A stretch of 62,593 bases of DNA, filler included, from Bipalium vagum (GCA_037834085.1; 3 parts of 3 records of this genome joined end to end with filler, not necessarily neighbours in it); one strand, 5' to 3'. Counted from the whole stretch's first letter, positions 12,401 through 25,168 are shown. Numbers and translations are program-made. The notes: generated by a model from the sequence alone, not told the origin.

Positions 12401-15400
12401 TGGTTTATTTAGCAATTGGTATTATAAAATTTATTTAATAAAAATAATTTGGTGTTTATTTCTTCAGGACACAGTGGATCTGTATGGATCTTTGTCAGCT
12501 GAGCTCTTCAGCTTTAGTAGAATCTTGATTCACCCTTCTTCGCCCAGCTTTGTCGACGTCGGGGAATATCACAGTTCTAAATAGATCTCATGATTCCTGT
12601 AACATGGTACTGCAAAATCTTTGCCGAGTATTCAATATTTAATGCTGTACATTTCTTGAGAAGTTGATTGATTTTTGACCTCCGGACACCGATTTTCTTC
12701 AATACATCAAGTGTTTTTGGTGATACTGTTCCTAGGGACCCAATTATGCATGTATGCAATACAACTTTATAATCAGGCTTCAACACTTAATTATCTTGAT
12801 CTGAATTCCTTAAATTTTCCAGGATATCCATCGGATACTTGACATCAATGAGAAAAATCAAATTTTTCTCAACATGTGTGATCAAAAGATCAACACGATT
12901 GTTGAAATCTTTCAAGAGCTCACATTTCTTGTCCATGACTACAATAATGTCAGGACTACAAAGTGCATCAGCGATTTTCTTCAAACAAGCATTGTGACGC
13001 TCTGTACACATTGACATTCTTGGATAACAGTTTTGCAACGCATGCGTCATTGATTTCTCAGAAAAGTGACAACGTCTGCAGACACGAGAATCTTTAAACT
13101 TATTCCACGGTCTTGCATTGATAGGAAGCGAGTTCGAGCGAGCTTTATGAATAAATTTGAAGCCAAAGTCACTCAAACCACTTTTAAAAATAATTTTATT
13201 TACAGGATGGCACAGTTTAACAGTATCAGCAATAAGATTACTCCACTTGCTGTTGATCCACTTCAAACTGTAAGAACTTTGTATAAGGAGTGATTCGAAG
13301 AATTAGTTTGTTTGAATTTTTTTAAATAACGACCTCACGCCATGATTTACAATTATTAAATGTTTTTAATTTAGAGTTTTTAAAAATTATAATGTTACGT
13401 TTTTCAAATTTTTAAATAAATATTTTAAATAAATGTTGGTTAATTTTAAAAAAGTAAATAATTTAATTTTAATAAAAGGTGAGGTTCAAGCTTGAAAAGT
13501 TTGCTTGGTTAATCTGATTTAATGAAATATACAATTATGGCTTCGACTTTGAATTCTGATTTACAAATGACTACACAAGAATATAACTTGGCGACCACAC
13601 CTTGATGGAGAAAATGAGGCAAAGTACTTCGTTCTTTAAATGTGCTTATAAAAATACCTCTGCTTTCAGAAGAAATTCGAAGGGTAACCATATTCCTTTC
13701 CAATTCAAAAGAAATAAAAATAGCAAAAGATTTTCTAAAATACTCAATGGATTGTTTCACTCAAGCCACTAAGATTTTTTCGATGCTGAGTAATATTTTG
13801 TCTTACCACCGTTAATCCATTGAAGAAAATCAGAAATATTACAAGTAGATGAAGGGACAAAACAAAGAGAATCAGAAATGATTTTACGAGTAGAATCGTA
13901 TGATGCTGTCAAGAGACGAAAACCTTGTACAATACATTGAGTAGAATATTTATCACGCAAATCAGTCAAACCGGCTCCTTCATTTTCGATAGAAGAATAG
14001 AGGTAATTGGACTCGGCTTGGGGTGGTAGTTTCAGGACATGTTTTAAGTATGATCTGATTTTTGAGCTTCTATTCTCAATACCCGAACCAGGTTTTAATG
14101 GTCTGCAAATCGAGATAATTTTTATTTCTCTAGTTCTGAATGGAAAAACCAAACGAGAATGCAAAAATATTTTGTAGGCTTTTAGTTTTTGCCAACCGAA
14201 CAAGGAAGAATTGACAATCTTACCTAAGTCGGCAATGATTTTATTTAGAGTTTCATAGGGCGATTGATCAATTTCCATACCAACAGGAACACCAAAATAC
14301 TTATAGAAATGGAATTCAGCCGACTAAGTGGAATATTGTAGATGGAAATGACATTACTCACTTCATCTTGTGGCAAATTTAGGCAAGCACATTTCTCAGG
14401 ACGGTAGAGCATTCCTGACCACTCAGTGGTTGAAACGGCTGCATCGATAATTTTCTGTAAGTCAGCAGAATTATTGGCAATAATGGCGTCCAAAGAGAAG
14501 GAATTTCGCCGGATTCAATTATTTTATTAAACAAGAAGCATAAGATGTCTCCATCAGGATCCAGATATTTCAAGTTATTGTATCGAATCCAGGAGTTGTA
14601 TCATCTACTTTTTCCAGTGCCATACATACGTCAGCAGCTGAAATCAAATCAAGGTATAGTTCGATAGAGGAAGACTTACAAAATTCGTTAAAGACCCAAG
14701 TTCTGTTTTCAGGTAAAGAGTGAGTAAAGTGTTCAATAATGTCTGTCATTGATGGTCTGGAATCAATAATATTGTCATTGAGAATCTTATTTACTGTGTA
14801 TTTCATATTTTCATTAAAATTAGATCTTAAAGCAAATTTATTCTTTTTCTCTTTGAACATGTTTGACTCGAGATGTGGATTGTGATGTGAAACGGAAGGT
14901 CGAGAAGGGAAGAGATTGGCAATTTTATCCATGATACGGTCAACGTCATAATCACTTTTGATTATTTCTATTAAAAGTGCCTCAGCCAGTTTTGTCTATC
15001 TTTTCTGTTGAGCCTTTTCTCATTCACTGAAGGAGGAGAACGAGCAAATTTAGAGGTTTCAAGACAAATTAAATCAGATGAAGATAAAAATTTTTCTCGA
15101 ATGAACTGGAAGTTAAAACCAGTCAGGCTAGGCCACTTGAATAGTTCTCAATTATTCCGTTCTCAATTTTTTGGAACAAATTTCTTTTTAAATTTTATAC
15201 TTTCATTTTAATATATATTTTATAGTTATAATTACATAATATATATAATATTTATTTATATAAAAAATAGTTATTAAATTTTTTATTACAATTATATCAA
15301 GTAATAATTTTATTTATAATTATTATGATTACATAATTATAATTATAATATAATAAATACATAATATTTAGTTTTATAAAAATAATTATTTCCATGGAAA

Positions 15401-15582
15401 ATACCTCTTTGGACAACAGCTTGTTTAGCTTTTTCTCTATCCATTATTGAAGTAATTGGCAAGGATAGCATTCTTTCTTTATCACCCTGTTGAAAAAATT
15501 CTTCAGTAACAAGATACGCCCAGCAATTGCATATGTCCCACCGACGACAAGGATTACATATATCAGCACATTTGATGGCCAT
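3975..15582 (-). CDS. PDE7: cAMP phosphodiesterase, PDE7-like; last two exons (15582-15405 and 4807-3975); upstream exons not found in window
   Basis: The exon with KCADICNPCRRW...WAYLVTEEFFQQGDKE ends CAA AGA G|gtattt (15405/15404). It splices in frame to atttcag|AT TTC ATC (4808/4807), giving AVVQRDFINYLVLPLFTLWHQF, the end of the PDE catalytic domain. The subfamily call rests on motif resemblance. Confidence 0.85.
4889..6148 (+). mobile_element. DD37E (ITmD37E/TRT) Tc1-mariner transposon, near full length, inactivated
   Basis: Imperfect TIRs gtggcccatatataga (4894-4909) and tctatatattggccac (6127-6142) with TA flanks. Broken transposase with NDETY, KFEKRCIIWQ, LFWPDLATSHY and EQNPP motifs typical of DD37E. 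Confidence 0.85.
6373..6431. repeat. (TAA)n microsatellite
   Basis: Direct reading; it produces the spurious poly-Ile ORF. Confidence 0.9.
6800..7480 (+). mobile_element. Decayed mariner (DD34D) transposase remnant
   Basis: Broken motifs KKLDI*VPHNL (WVPHEL), EPFLKNVITSDKK*ITYD and SPNLVPLD*HLF (YSPDLAPSDYHLF). Confidence 0.8.
7537..7850 (+). mobile_element. Second mariner transposase fragment
   Basis: QW...KPRLQQKKIIVSVRW...GLIHYSFL, DNARPHV and SHPVYS motifs. Confidence 0.75.
8186..8881 (-). mobile_element. pogo/Tigger-like transposon remnant (internally deleted)
   Basis: Minus-strand KRRRITL...KMEAVLMI (CENP-B-type HTH region) and RMRSRTFLRKSKKSAPYHKFPKENFNLLLGGNENGLKLK, matching the Tigger MPSRTFI...RLTLLLGANAAGDFKLKP motif. 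TIR-like tacatgtcaacctcg near 8881. Confidence 0.7.
8900..9062 (+). mobile_element. Tc1 transposase N-terminal (HTH) fragment
   Basis: RSKSLTDRQKRDIVKNILKNPQISSLKLA resembles the Tc1 GRPR-linker and second HTH. Confidence 0.5.
9880..10620 (-). mobile_element. Highly decayed RLE-type non-LTR retrotransposon 3' fragment
   Basis: Minus-strand CRNCYEKEETVS....C...RHDEVL (~10400-10500) is the CCHC knuckle plus RHD motif of R2/R4/NeSL-group elements. A GC-richer putative 3' UTR lies at 9880-10180. Confidence 0.55.
10640..10900 (+). mobile_element. Merlin (IS1595-like) transposase fragment
   Basis: IKHGTSI... followed by KVRHNINFKDLETSAHTISTESSWIHAK, matching the Merlin TVNHS.NFVDP.TGAHTQ.IES.W motif. 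Confidence 0.6.
12460..15190 (-). mobile_element. Degenerate RLE non-LTR retrotransposon of the NeSL/Utopia group, RT core deleted
   Basis: Ordered fragments on the minus strand: TPGFDTIT, LDPDGDILCFLFN...IPSLW, EKCACL, WQKLKAYKIFL, GAGL, FKFIHKARSNSLPIN, CRRC...THALQNC...RHN (zinc knuckle), RVDLL...IDV (restriction-like endonuclease) and IIGSLG. Multiple stops and frameshifts. Confidence 0.85.
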
Positions 15583-15989
15583 CTTAACAATATTATTTAC
15601 ATTATCTTAAATATATAATTAATTTATTGTACAGCAGGAGAGAATGGATACAATTGAGAATGTTTCAATAATAAAAATAATTTACAATTTGGTAACATAT
15701 TTTAAAAATTTTGCTCTGTAAAACTTTTACCAAAATAAATAATTAAATAAAGTTAATTGCCAAAGCAATTATATTGATTAAGCCAGTAAAACTTTATATC
15801 TGTACAATAAATTAAAGAGAAAAAATTAAAAATTAATTTTTAGGTGACAATAATTTTTGGAAAATTTTTATCTTTTAACGAATTTTACGTTTAATGTAAA
15901 TAGAAACAGATTTTTGAGAGATATCACAAGATTGAAATGGAGATCAAAGAAATATTAATTCTAACTTTTGGAAATGTCATTCCATCACA

Positions 15990-16330
15990 TTTTATCACCT
16001 TAACAATTTTTAAGAAATTAATCAATGAAATAAAAAAAGACGAAGACGGCAAAGTCTGGCTAACTTGGCATGAACGAGTGTCTAAAAATATTTAGTAAAA
16101 GGATATTTAACACTGTTGACAAGACTCAATAGATAGCATGGATCTTATGAAAACTTATCTGAACTTCATAAAGATAAAGAAGAAAAAAGGTCATGTAACT
16201 AAAAATTTATAAATTGCTTTCTCATTTTTTAAAACCAGAAGAGAAAAACCTGTAAATGTTTAAGGTTTTAATGATTGGGTTTTGAGAGATCTTCGCCCTT
16301 TTTAAAATTCGAAAATCAAGAAAATTAAAA
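15990..16330 (+). mobile_element. Possible hAT transposase remnant
   Basis: WVLRDLRPF (~16276-16302) resembles the hAT DLRPF.IVE motif, downstream of a decayed BED-finger-like stretch. Confidence 0.35.
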
Positions 16331-17468
16331 TATAACATTTTTATCAAATTATGAGAAGTCGAATGAGAAACTTTATTTATCTAAAAACGTACAAATATAA
16401 CTTTGAAATGTAATAAATTATGTGTGAAATAAATTATGAATTTATATATGTTAAAAATTAATAATAGTTAATATTAAAAAATAACTCGTATATTTGAATA
16501 ACATTTAAAAAGAATACCACAAATCAAACGTGCTGCTATTGTTCCCAAAGTTATTAGTTCTACAACCTTGATTTTACAGTTTTTATTTTTTTATAATTTT
16601 TATTAGTTATCATTTAAATAATGTAAATTATATTGTTATGTAAATAATATACATTTTAAGCGCCATCTATACTATCTTCTCCTGATCTTATAAGCTTGTA
16701 AAAATATGACAATATACTCAATCATCAATATAGTGTATTGCATGAAAGTTCAAGTCGTTTTGATCATTTAATTTGTTTTTTTGAAATTCAAAAACTTAAT
16801 CAATATTTCAATATTTAAGCAAATGATAAATTGCTAATTAAATAAAATTATACATTTCAAACATAAAGTTTAGCTATTAAATTTTGAAAATAACGGTTAA
16901 ATCTTATTTGAAATGTAAAATTTCTTTATTTGATTTTTTTGAGCACGAACTTTTGCATCACCATAGTAGACTAAAATATTAAGCTTATATTAACTTCGAA
17001 AAAATCACTTGAGAGAACATTTCAACGAATTCGAAATCTTTTTTTAAAAATAAAAATGACCTCGAATTGCCATGACCCACCTCTCATGTTAATAGCTTTA
17101 AAAAAATATTTCATTGAATAATAATATAAATCTTCCCATTATTGATTTTTTATGTTCATTTCTTTACATTTTTTTGCATATTTAGTAATTATTTCATAAG
17201 TAATTTGCAAAATTAAACAAATTATTTGTTATCTCTAACAATTAAAAAATTCAGTTGATGTTTTAGTGAAACAAATTTTATGTAAAAATATAAAAAATAT
17301 TTGATAATAAAATATTAGAAAAACTAAAAATATTATTATAGTAAAGGATTTTATTTTATTTTAACAAAATTGACAAAGACTGAGTTCTTGAATTTGACTT
17401 CAACATATAAACATTGTTCTTCTAAGAAATAATGAAATAGTTGGAAAATCTTTAGTAATTTGTTTTAG

Positions 17469-17710
17469 TTGTTGTACAATGCATTGACATATTGGTTTTC
17501 ACTTTACCGTTACAAAGAGTATTCTCAATGATATCCGATACTTATCGGGTGAATATTCTTCATTTCACTATTAACCATCAGACGTAGTGTAATAATTGCC
17601 TTTTTATTAATACTCACAATTGCATTGATTACGATACTGCTAACAGGCCACAATGATCATAGAATTTTTAAAGGCAAACCAATTTTACGAGTTATAGAGT
17701 CAATTTAATA
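17469..17710 (+). pseudogene. Possible decayed rhodopsin-family GPCR fragment (TM3-TM4)
   Basis: After ttttag|: LYNALTYWFSLYRY...P...TIRRSVIIAFLLILTIALITIL, with in-frame TGA stops. DRY-like motif followed by a hydrophobic helix. Confidence 0.3.
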
Positions 17711-19429
17711 ATTCACTCTGAAAAAATGTGGTACTCTAATTACGGGGAATTTTTACTGAAGTCTCGTTCGGTTGACTTCGACATTTAACGGACAAATCGG
17801 GTTTATGAAATATTCAGCAGACCAAGTTATATATATTATTAGTATTATTATGGCTAATGGGCAAATTTATATTCATAATGAAATTTGGTAGGGCAATAGT
17901 GAATGTGACATATTTTGATGTTCGCACGAAGGATTTATTAACATGGATATTCTAAAATAAATAAAAACCAGATCAGAATGGATTTTGTGTAAATAACAAT
18001 TCAAAATAAATTTTAAATGTTAAATAATAATAAAAATAATTAATAAAAAAATAGTAATAATAATAATGATTATGATATAAAAGATTATGTGATAATCATA
18101 CTATCCCAATAAAAACGTGTTTAATATATTGAAAACACCTTTGATTCTACATTTATATGAAAAGAAGTTAAGAAAACAGTTAATTTTAAGGAATTTATTT
18201 ACATTAATTATAAAAAAACTTTTTAATATTAACTTTGATTTGTAAATCACTTTATATCAATTATTAAAAATATTTTAATTAAATCGTCAGTGTAAATTCT
18301 GGATTGGTTACTTTCACTTCCTTTTGTGAAAGAATTCTACTTATTATATCGAAATATTCACGAAGTTATGAAGATATATTAAAAAATCAATATTTAATCT
18401 AAATAATTTCAAACCATAAAAGGGGTTTTCTCTGATTCAGATATTACTGTTAACGAAGAAATTTAAGAAACCCTTTTTAATAATGTAAATAATAAAATAA
18501 TTGTCAAATAAAACAAAAATTTATGAAATGAGTGAAGTTATTGAATAATTTTATAATTAATAGTGTTAATCAATTTTAATTTAATTTTTATTGTACTTAA
18601 TCAATAAATACTAATAAATATATTTTTGGTCTATTTTTAATGAAATTTAAATCTTGTTTTAATTGATGAATTAAATTCAATTATATCTAAATTTAAAAAG
18701 TAATTTTATTTAAAATTGTTTATTTGTTTAATATTTTTGCAATTCGAGATTATTTTGGCTATCTGAACGAATTGATTGGAAAAAGAAAATATTTTTTGGA
18801 AAAGTCTGTTTTAGCTATTTCTGAATAGTTTTTAAGACTTCATCAGTTCTAAGTTAAATAATAAAAAATATCTAAATGTACGTGACTTTTTCCAACAATA
18901 ATAAAGCCAACAGATGAAGACAAAAGTAACAAGGGAAACTGACTATTTTCTTACAGAAAAGTAATTAATACGTTGGGACGAAAGTGACTTAATTTTGCAC
19001 GAAATCATAATGACGAAACGACCATTCCACTTCTGATGCTGTGTTAGATACACGGTTCCAGACTCTTATTATTATTTCCTAACTTTATATATAAAATCTT
19101 AATTCCCACAGTTCTCCTTACCATTCGATAATGATTGATATTCTGGAAAATCATATTTTTTCTTTTCATGACTTTCTGAGGAATAAGTTAAATCAAAATT
19201 TCAATTCATGACATTGGTAAGAGAAATTTGCTTTTTTTCCTCTTTGAAAAGAAAAAATTTCTGGTGCATAATTATTAAAAGTATTGAAATGTTCTTTAAT
19301 AGTAAAACCATTTGTTCCTCATTAATGTTGTTTGCTTGTCGAGAAGCCCAAGAATATTGCTTATTATTCAGATAAAAAAGCCTTGAAGTTGTGGCTAGGA
19401 ATAAAAAAATCGATTCAAATATTCTGGTT

Positions 19430-20060
19430 ACATTTTGGTTACCAAACACAGCATTGCTTTCTTGAAAAACAATCTCGTTTGGGGATCATTTTGGCAGGTT
19501 GGTCGTGGTTCAACCACTGATTTCCTTTATCTGGATTTGAGAAATAGACCCATCTCTCATCATCAGTTACTAATTGCTTGATCCAACGATCATCTGTAGA
19601 TTCTGAAGAAGTTTCCGACAAATGTCAACACAAAGCTGTGCTTGAGCTGGACTCAATTCGTGCGGTATTTCTCGAAAGTGGTTGTTAACCTTCACGACCT
19701 TGTGGAGATGGCGAGTAATGGTTGATTGTGAAGCACCAAGTTTGGCTGATAATCTACGAGTGCTTGTTTTTGGATTATCATTGACAGCTTCACACAAGAT
19801 CTCAGAATTCAGACATATCGGCCTACCGGTCCTAAGGAGATCCTTAAAACTTGTGTCCCGTTCGGCAAACCTTTATTAAAATTAAAATATTAAAAAATCA
19901 ATCAACAGTATCTTCAACATTTCTTGAAAATGTGTTTCTTTTTAATTATTGGGCCTTGGTGCTTACTTTTAACAAGTGTTCAAGTCGTCGATCCAACAAA
20001 CAGATAAAAGTTTTTGATAAATATTCAGTTTTCAGAAGAGCATTTTAAATTCACACTACA
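19430..20060 (-). mobile_element. Mariner (DD34D) transposase remnant, N-terminal half
   Basis: GRP...NPKTSTRRLSAKLGASQSTITRHL...IPHELS...LVTDDERWVY, with frameshifts. Confidence 0.85.
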
Positions 20061-21226
20061 TTTGGTATAGAATTAATCATAGTAAAATTTTTCATGAATT
20101 AGTAAAACAGAGATGGTCACTTTTTAATTTATTAATAAATTTATTTAATAAATATGCAAAAATTAATTAATAATCAAAAATTGATTGTTCTTCAAATTTC
20201 ATAAGAAGCAGTTAATTTGCATAATTACTTAAAAAACTGCTGAATTTATGATTTATCCATATATAAGTACAATATTTTTATTAAATATATATATCTATAA
20301 CTATACATAAGCATAATAATAATAATTATTATTATTATTAACTGTACGTAATTTAATATTATGACAGTTATCTGAATTTATACAGTTTTTTTTTTGAAAC
20401 CATGATCTTGAAGGTATTGCCGCATTCGTAATGCCCAACAAAAACTATTCAAAAGTTGAACAATCAGATCCATATTCCACTCTAAAAGATCGTGAACGGT
20501 TTATTGCAAAGAAATATTTGTGATTGTAAACATGTTCATTTAATACTTTCTCAGATTTAGCAGAAGGGATTGGAAATCTTCGTAGAAAATGATAGATTAA
20601 GGTACAGAAGAAAAGGGAACCGCATTCTAATACAAAAATTGAACGATTTCGCTTCAATCGATTTCTTTGATCACGTAATATTTATTGAATATTCATAAAG
20701 ATCATAATTTTGATAAGAAATATTTCTAACGAAGATTATATTTTGATAAAATATAAATTATCACTGAAATCTGTGGGAAATAATTAGACCCATGTGAAAA
20801 TATTAGGTCTTTCCCACATCATTTGGTTCAAATAAATAATAAATTGCGTTGTTCTCCAGTGTAATTTAACATTCGATAATAAAATAAATTACAATCTCAA
20901 GTCTGGTTTCGTCTTTCATCAATCTCTATTTATTCTTATATCTTCCTTTAAATATTGGAATATAATTAAACGATGTTCTAATTAAAATACACGTTATTAT
21001 TGTGATATTTTTTGAGATCATTTCCCTTGAAAAAATTAATTTTTTTTAATATTATTAAAAAAATTTCTGTAATTGTTTAACCAGTTATCCCTCTTAATTG
21101 ACAGAGAGACTAGTTTTACAAGGATCAAATATTTTCTTACAGAAGTTATTAGTGGAATAACAATTGTGAAAGATAAATAGGATAAATAGAAAATTGTTAG
21201 AAATAAAGGATCGAGCTGATATTACA

Positions 21227-21436
21227 CAGGGTGTTTCATCAATATGCGTACGCATCTAAAGAAAAATAATCAACTACTTTTCAACCGAATTTATTAACCA
21301 AAGCGTTTTTTTGTAAAGCATTTATATTTTTTCCAATGATTTATCTGAAATAATATCTAAAAATGATTCATGTTCATTAACAAATTGATTAATTTCTATT
21401 TGTTTAAACGCATATACATATTTATGAAACATCCTG
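21227..21436. mobile_element. Tc1/mariner-type MITE (~210 bp)
   Basis: 34-nt TIRs: cagggtgtttcatcaatatgcgtacgcatctaaa versus the reverse complement of the right end, caggatgtttcataaatatgtatatgcgtttaaa (27/34). Confidence 0.75.
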
Positions 21437-21564
21437 ACTTAAGTTTTAAGTTCTAAAACTTTGAAGATGACTTTTATTTAAGCAAATCAAAATTATACAA
21501 AAAATACATGTCCAGACAGTGCAATTATATAATATTTATAAAAACGGTTGTATATAAATATATA

Positions 21565-22050
21565 TTATTGGGTTGAGTGATAAATATATAAAAAACAACA
21601 TTAGTTAATAGAAAGAAAGCTCTTTTTCTTCAAGATAATGCTCGACCGAAAGTAGCAAAAAAAACTATTAACAAGATAATGCAACTTGGTTAGGAGTCAT
21701 ATGCCATCCTCCAAATTTGGTAGATCTCTACCCACCAGATCTTCATTTGTTTTTCCATCTTAATAATACTCTAAGGAAAAAACATTAAAAAATAAGAGAC
21801 CTAAAAACGAAATTCAGCACTTCCTTTAGCAGTAAACATGTGAAATTCTATCAAGATGGTATTACCCAGTTGAAACACAATTGGGTAAAAGTGAAACAAT
21901 GTAATGGACACCATTTCAATGAATAAATATACGTAAAATAAAAAATATGTACTTAACTTTTTTAAAAAACGGCAAAATCTTAATTGGACATTTTCATCCA
22001 AGAGTAGTCATAACGAAAAATAATCATTTATTTTCGAATAACCTAATAAA
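21565..22050 (+). mobile_element. Non-autonomous mariner with transposase C-terminal remnant
   Basis: LVNRKKALFLQDNARPKVAKKT...HPP...DLYPPDLHLF; tattgggtt / aacctaata TIR-like ends. Confidence 0.75.
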
Positions 22051-22386
22051 ATGTTTATTACTGAACGGTAGAACTATACTAAGCACACTCTTCAAGGTTA
22101 AATGTTAAAAATTGAAAAATAAATAATTTTAAATTAATTTCATTATTATTTAATCTAAGTTAAAAATAAAATAAGAATATTATTAAAATAATTAAAAAAA
22201 TATTAAACGAAATAAATGAAAAAATTTCACTTCAACATGTCAAATCAAGCTGTTTTATTTAATACGATTCGTAGAAAAATGTCTGATAATTGTGATTTAA
22301 AAGAATATGATGACATATTTATAACAAAATTGAAGATTTGTTTACTTAAATTGAATTGTTTATAAAATAAATATGTAAAAGTGTTA

Positions 22387-22387
<1 letters not shown>

Positions 22388-22425
<38 letters not shown>

Positions 22426-22480
22426 TGATAATAATGACAATGGTAATAATAATAATAATAATAAGGGTAATGGTAATAAT
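22388..22480. repeat. (TAA)n microsatellite
   Basis: Direct reading. Confidence 0.9.
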
Positions 22481-23379
22481 TTCAAAGAATAATTTCAGTG
22501 AATGTCTGAATTATCTAAGAAACTATCACACAAAACTGTTGATTAAATGAAGTATGAACTTTATAATAAATTTATATTATTAATAATATTTGAAAACCTT
22601 GATTATACAGAAAGTGTACAAATATAAAGTTTTCTTGGCTTCGACCAGAAAATTAATATTCCAAATTTGAAAGATGACTGGATCACAAAATTTCATATTT
22701 CATTTGTTTGAAAAAGTTCCAAGTAAGATTTAAATTTTACTTAAAATAATGAATTAATTATGAAAAATTAAAAAAATGTTTTTAATATAAATAAAAATAT
22801 TTTCTGAATATTTTAAATATTATAACTTGTTCCAATATTGACAAAAAATATTACTATTTTTTTATTACAAAACATACTATAATCAATAATAAAATACTTA
22901 ATAATCAATCAATAATAAAATCTTTATTGAATTTTGTTTTAATGGTTCAATAACATAAATTTGAACATGGAGAAATATAAAGACTCAGAAATGTGAAGAA
23001 AAATTATGAAAGATGAATACTGTGAATATAAGTATTTCAGTTCTGGTAATACCCAATGAACTTTCTATTTTGAATGTTTTAAAAATAAATAAGCCGTGAA
23101 ATAAAAGCTTAAATATGACTACGAAATATGAGTGATTATTTTGATACATCTGATTTTTGAAATACCGCGTGTTTATTCTGTTTATTAATATTCTTTGGAA
23201 ATAATGGATAAAAGCTGGGTATTGGCAATTTGTTTACCTTTATGCCTGTATATTCAGTTTACATTCTCCTGAGAATTACCCAAATTTAATATAAGTCATT
23301 AGTTGTTTTAATAAGTCGATGTTATCCAAATTATTTTCAGTAAATTCAAATTTTAATGATTTTCTTCATTGAAAAAAAA

Positions 23380-24060
23380 GTACAAATTGTTTTTCTGATA
23401 GCTTAGATGGAATCAGTCATAGTCAAACGACATTTAGACCACATAAAATGGAAAAAATATATCTAAAAAAAAGAAAATGAGAAAAATATTTGCAAAATTA
23501 AAGAGGCTTTTTTTTATCACAAAGGCTATTTGTGATCTTTGGAAATCTGGAAGACCATCAATTAAACATGAAAAAATTAGCGAAATAAGTAAGAACTGCT
23601 GATAAGGAAAATGGATGCAGTTGTTGTATGTAAAGATCTTAAACTTTATCCATACAGATCCAAGTTACACATAAGTTATATGAGAAAGACTATATTGAAA
23701 GAATTTTAATGCACGAAAGCTTAATTAATGAAAACAATATTCCATCTTTTCTTCAAAACCTGATTTTCACTGATGAAGTATCTTTTTCCTTAAGTGGGGA
23801 AATCAGCAGACATAATTATCAAATTTGGAGTATTGAACGTTTTAAGGAAATTATACCAGTGTCTCACTACAGTTCAAATGTTAATATTTTGATGGGTTTT
23901 CCAATGTTTCGTGCTTACAGTCTCTGTTTTTTCATGAGAGTTTGAATGGAGAAAACTATTTAGATATACTGAAGTTTAACTTTATACCAAAACTTTGTCG
24001 CAGAATTAAATCTAAAATAGTTTTTTTTATAAAATGGAGGCCTGCTCATCATTCATGTCT
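23380..24060 (+). mobile_element. DD41D (rosa/Visitor)-like Tc1-mariner transposase remnant
   Basis: KDLKLYPY..., FTDEVSFSLSGEISRHNYQIWS and LNGENYLDIL..FIPKL...PAHH motifs, frameshifted. Confidence 0.7.
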
Positions 24061-25109
24061 TTTTGATCATAATTCAGATTTTTTAAACATAGAAAATTCA
24101 CGAAATGGAGAAAGCAGAAATCAATGGATTATTAATGATTTATTTAATCAATATTTTGAAAAAAAATTTTTTTAAAAATATATTTAAAATTTTAAAATTT
24201 TTCGAATTCATTTAACAAATTTATTTTAGAATTTTAAAAATGGTTTTTTTACTTTTATCCAATAATTATTAAGATAATTTATAAAATCATTTGAAAATAA
24301 TGGGGAAGAATATTAAAATTGACGAAGAAGATTTGAATGAAAAGATCAAAATATTTAACAAAAACGTATAATAATTATTATAATAATATTAATAAATTTT
24401 TGAGTGTTCAAAAATATTTTTTAAAAAGTGCGTATTTGAAAAAAATCAATTATTTAATTAATATTGATTTCTGGTTTTGAAATAACGAAGAAAACAATTT
24501 TATGTATCATAAGAAGAGAATTTTTATAAATTAAAAAGTAGAGAAATTAGTTTTAAGAATCTGTTCAATGAAAGAAGTAAATGGTTTTTAAAAATATTCA
24601 AAAACAAAGAAAATACAAAAAGGCTTCCGATTAAGATTTCTTTATTTTATTTATTTTCTTTATAAAAATTTAAAATAAAAAAGTTAAAAGTTGACTTTTT
24701 CTTAAAAATTCTAAAATAGAAAATAAAGAAGTCTAAGATTAAAAGATTTCCCATGGGTTACATGAAAAAAAAATCATATTTAATTTAAAAATGGATTCAC
24801 CCATTCAACACTTAATTAATTAATAATAGCTAATTAATTAATAATAATTAAAAAAAAATAATTAAAGCCTTTATCAAATCCTTATTAATGATATGTGCGA
24901 TAGGAAAATCGTTGACTTTATTTTGGTATATTTCTGAATATTACTTACAAATATTATTTCGATTAATCTCAGATTCGTATTATTGTGTTGTTTTCCTGAT
25001 GGAAGAATAATGACTTGGGGGGCTTCAAACAGATACGATATTTATTTTCAAAATAATTATAAATAAAGAAGCAAAAAGCGAGAATAATTTCAAATACTTG
25101 TCCAGTAAA

Positions 25110-25115
25110 TAATAA

Positions 25116-25168
<53 letters not shown>

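Noticed and set aside
12380-12460. U2 snRNA target site at the 3' flank of the Utopia-like element
   Set aside because: No recognisable U2 sequence (GTGTAGTATCTGTTCTT / ATCAGTTTAATATCTG) at either flank.
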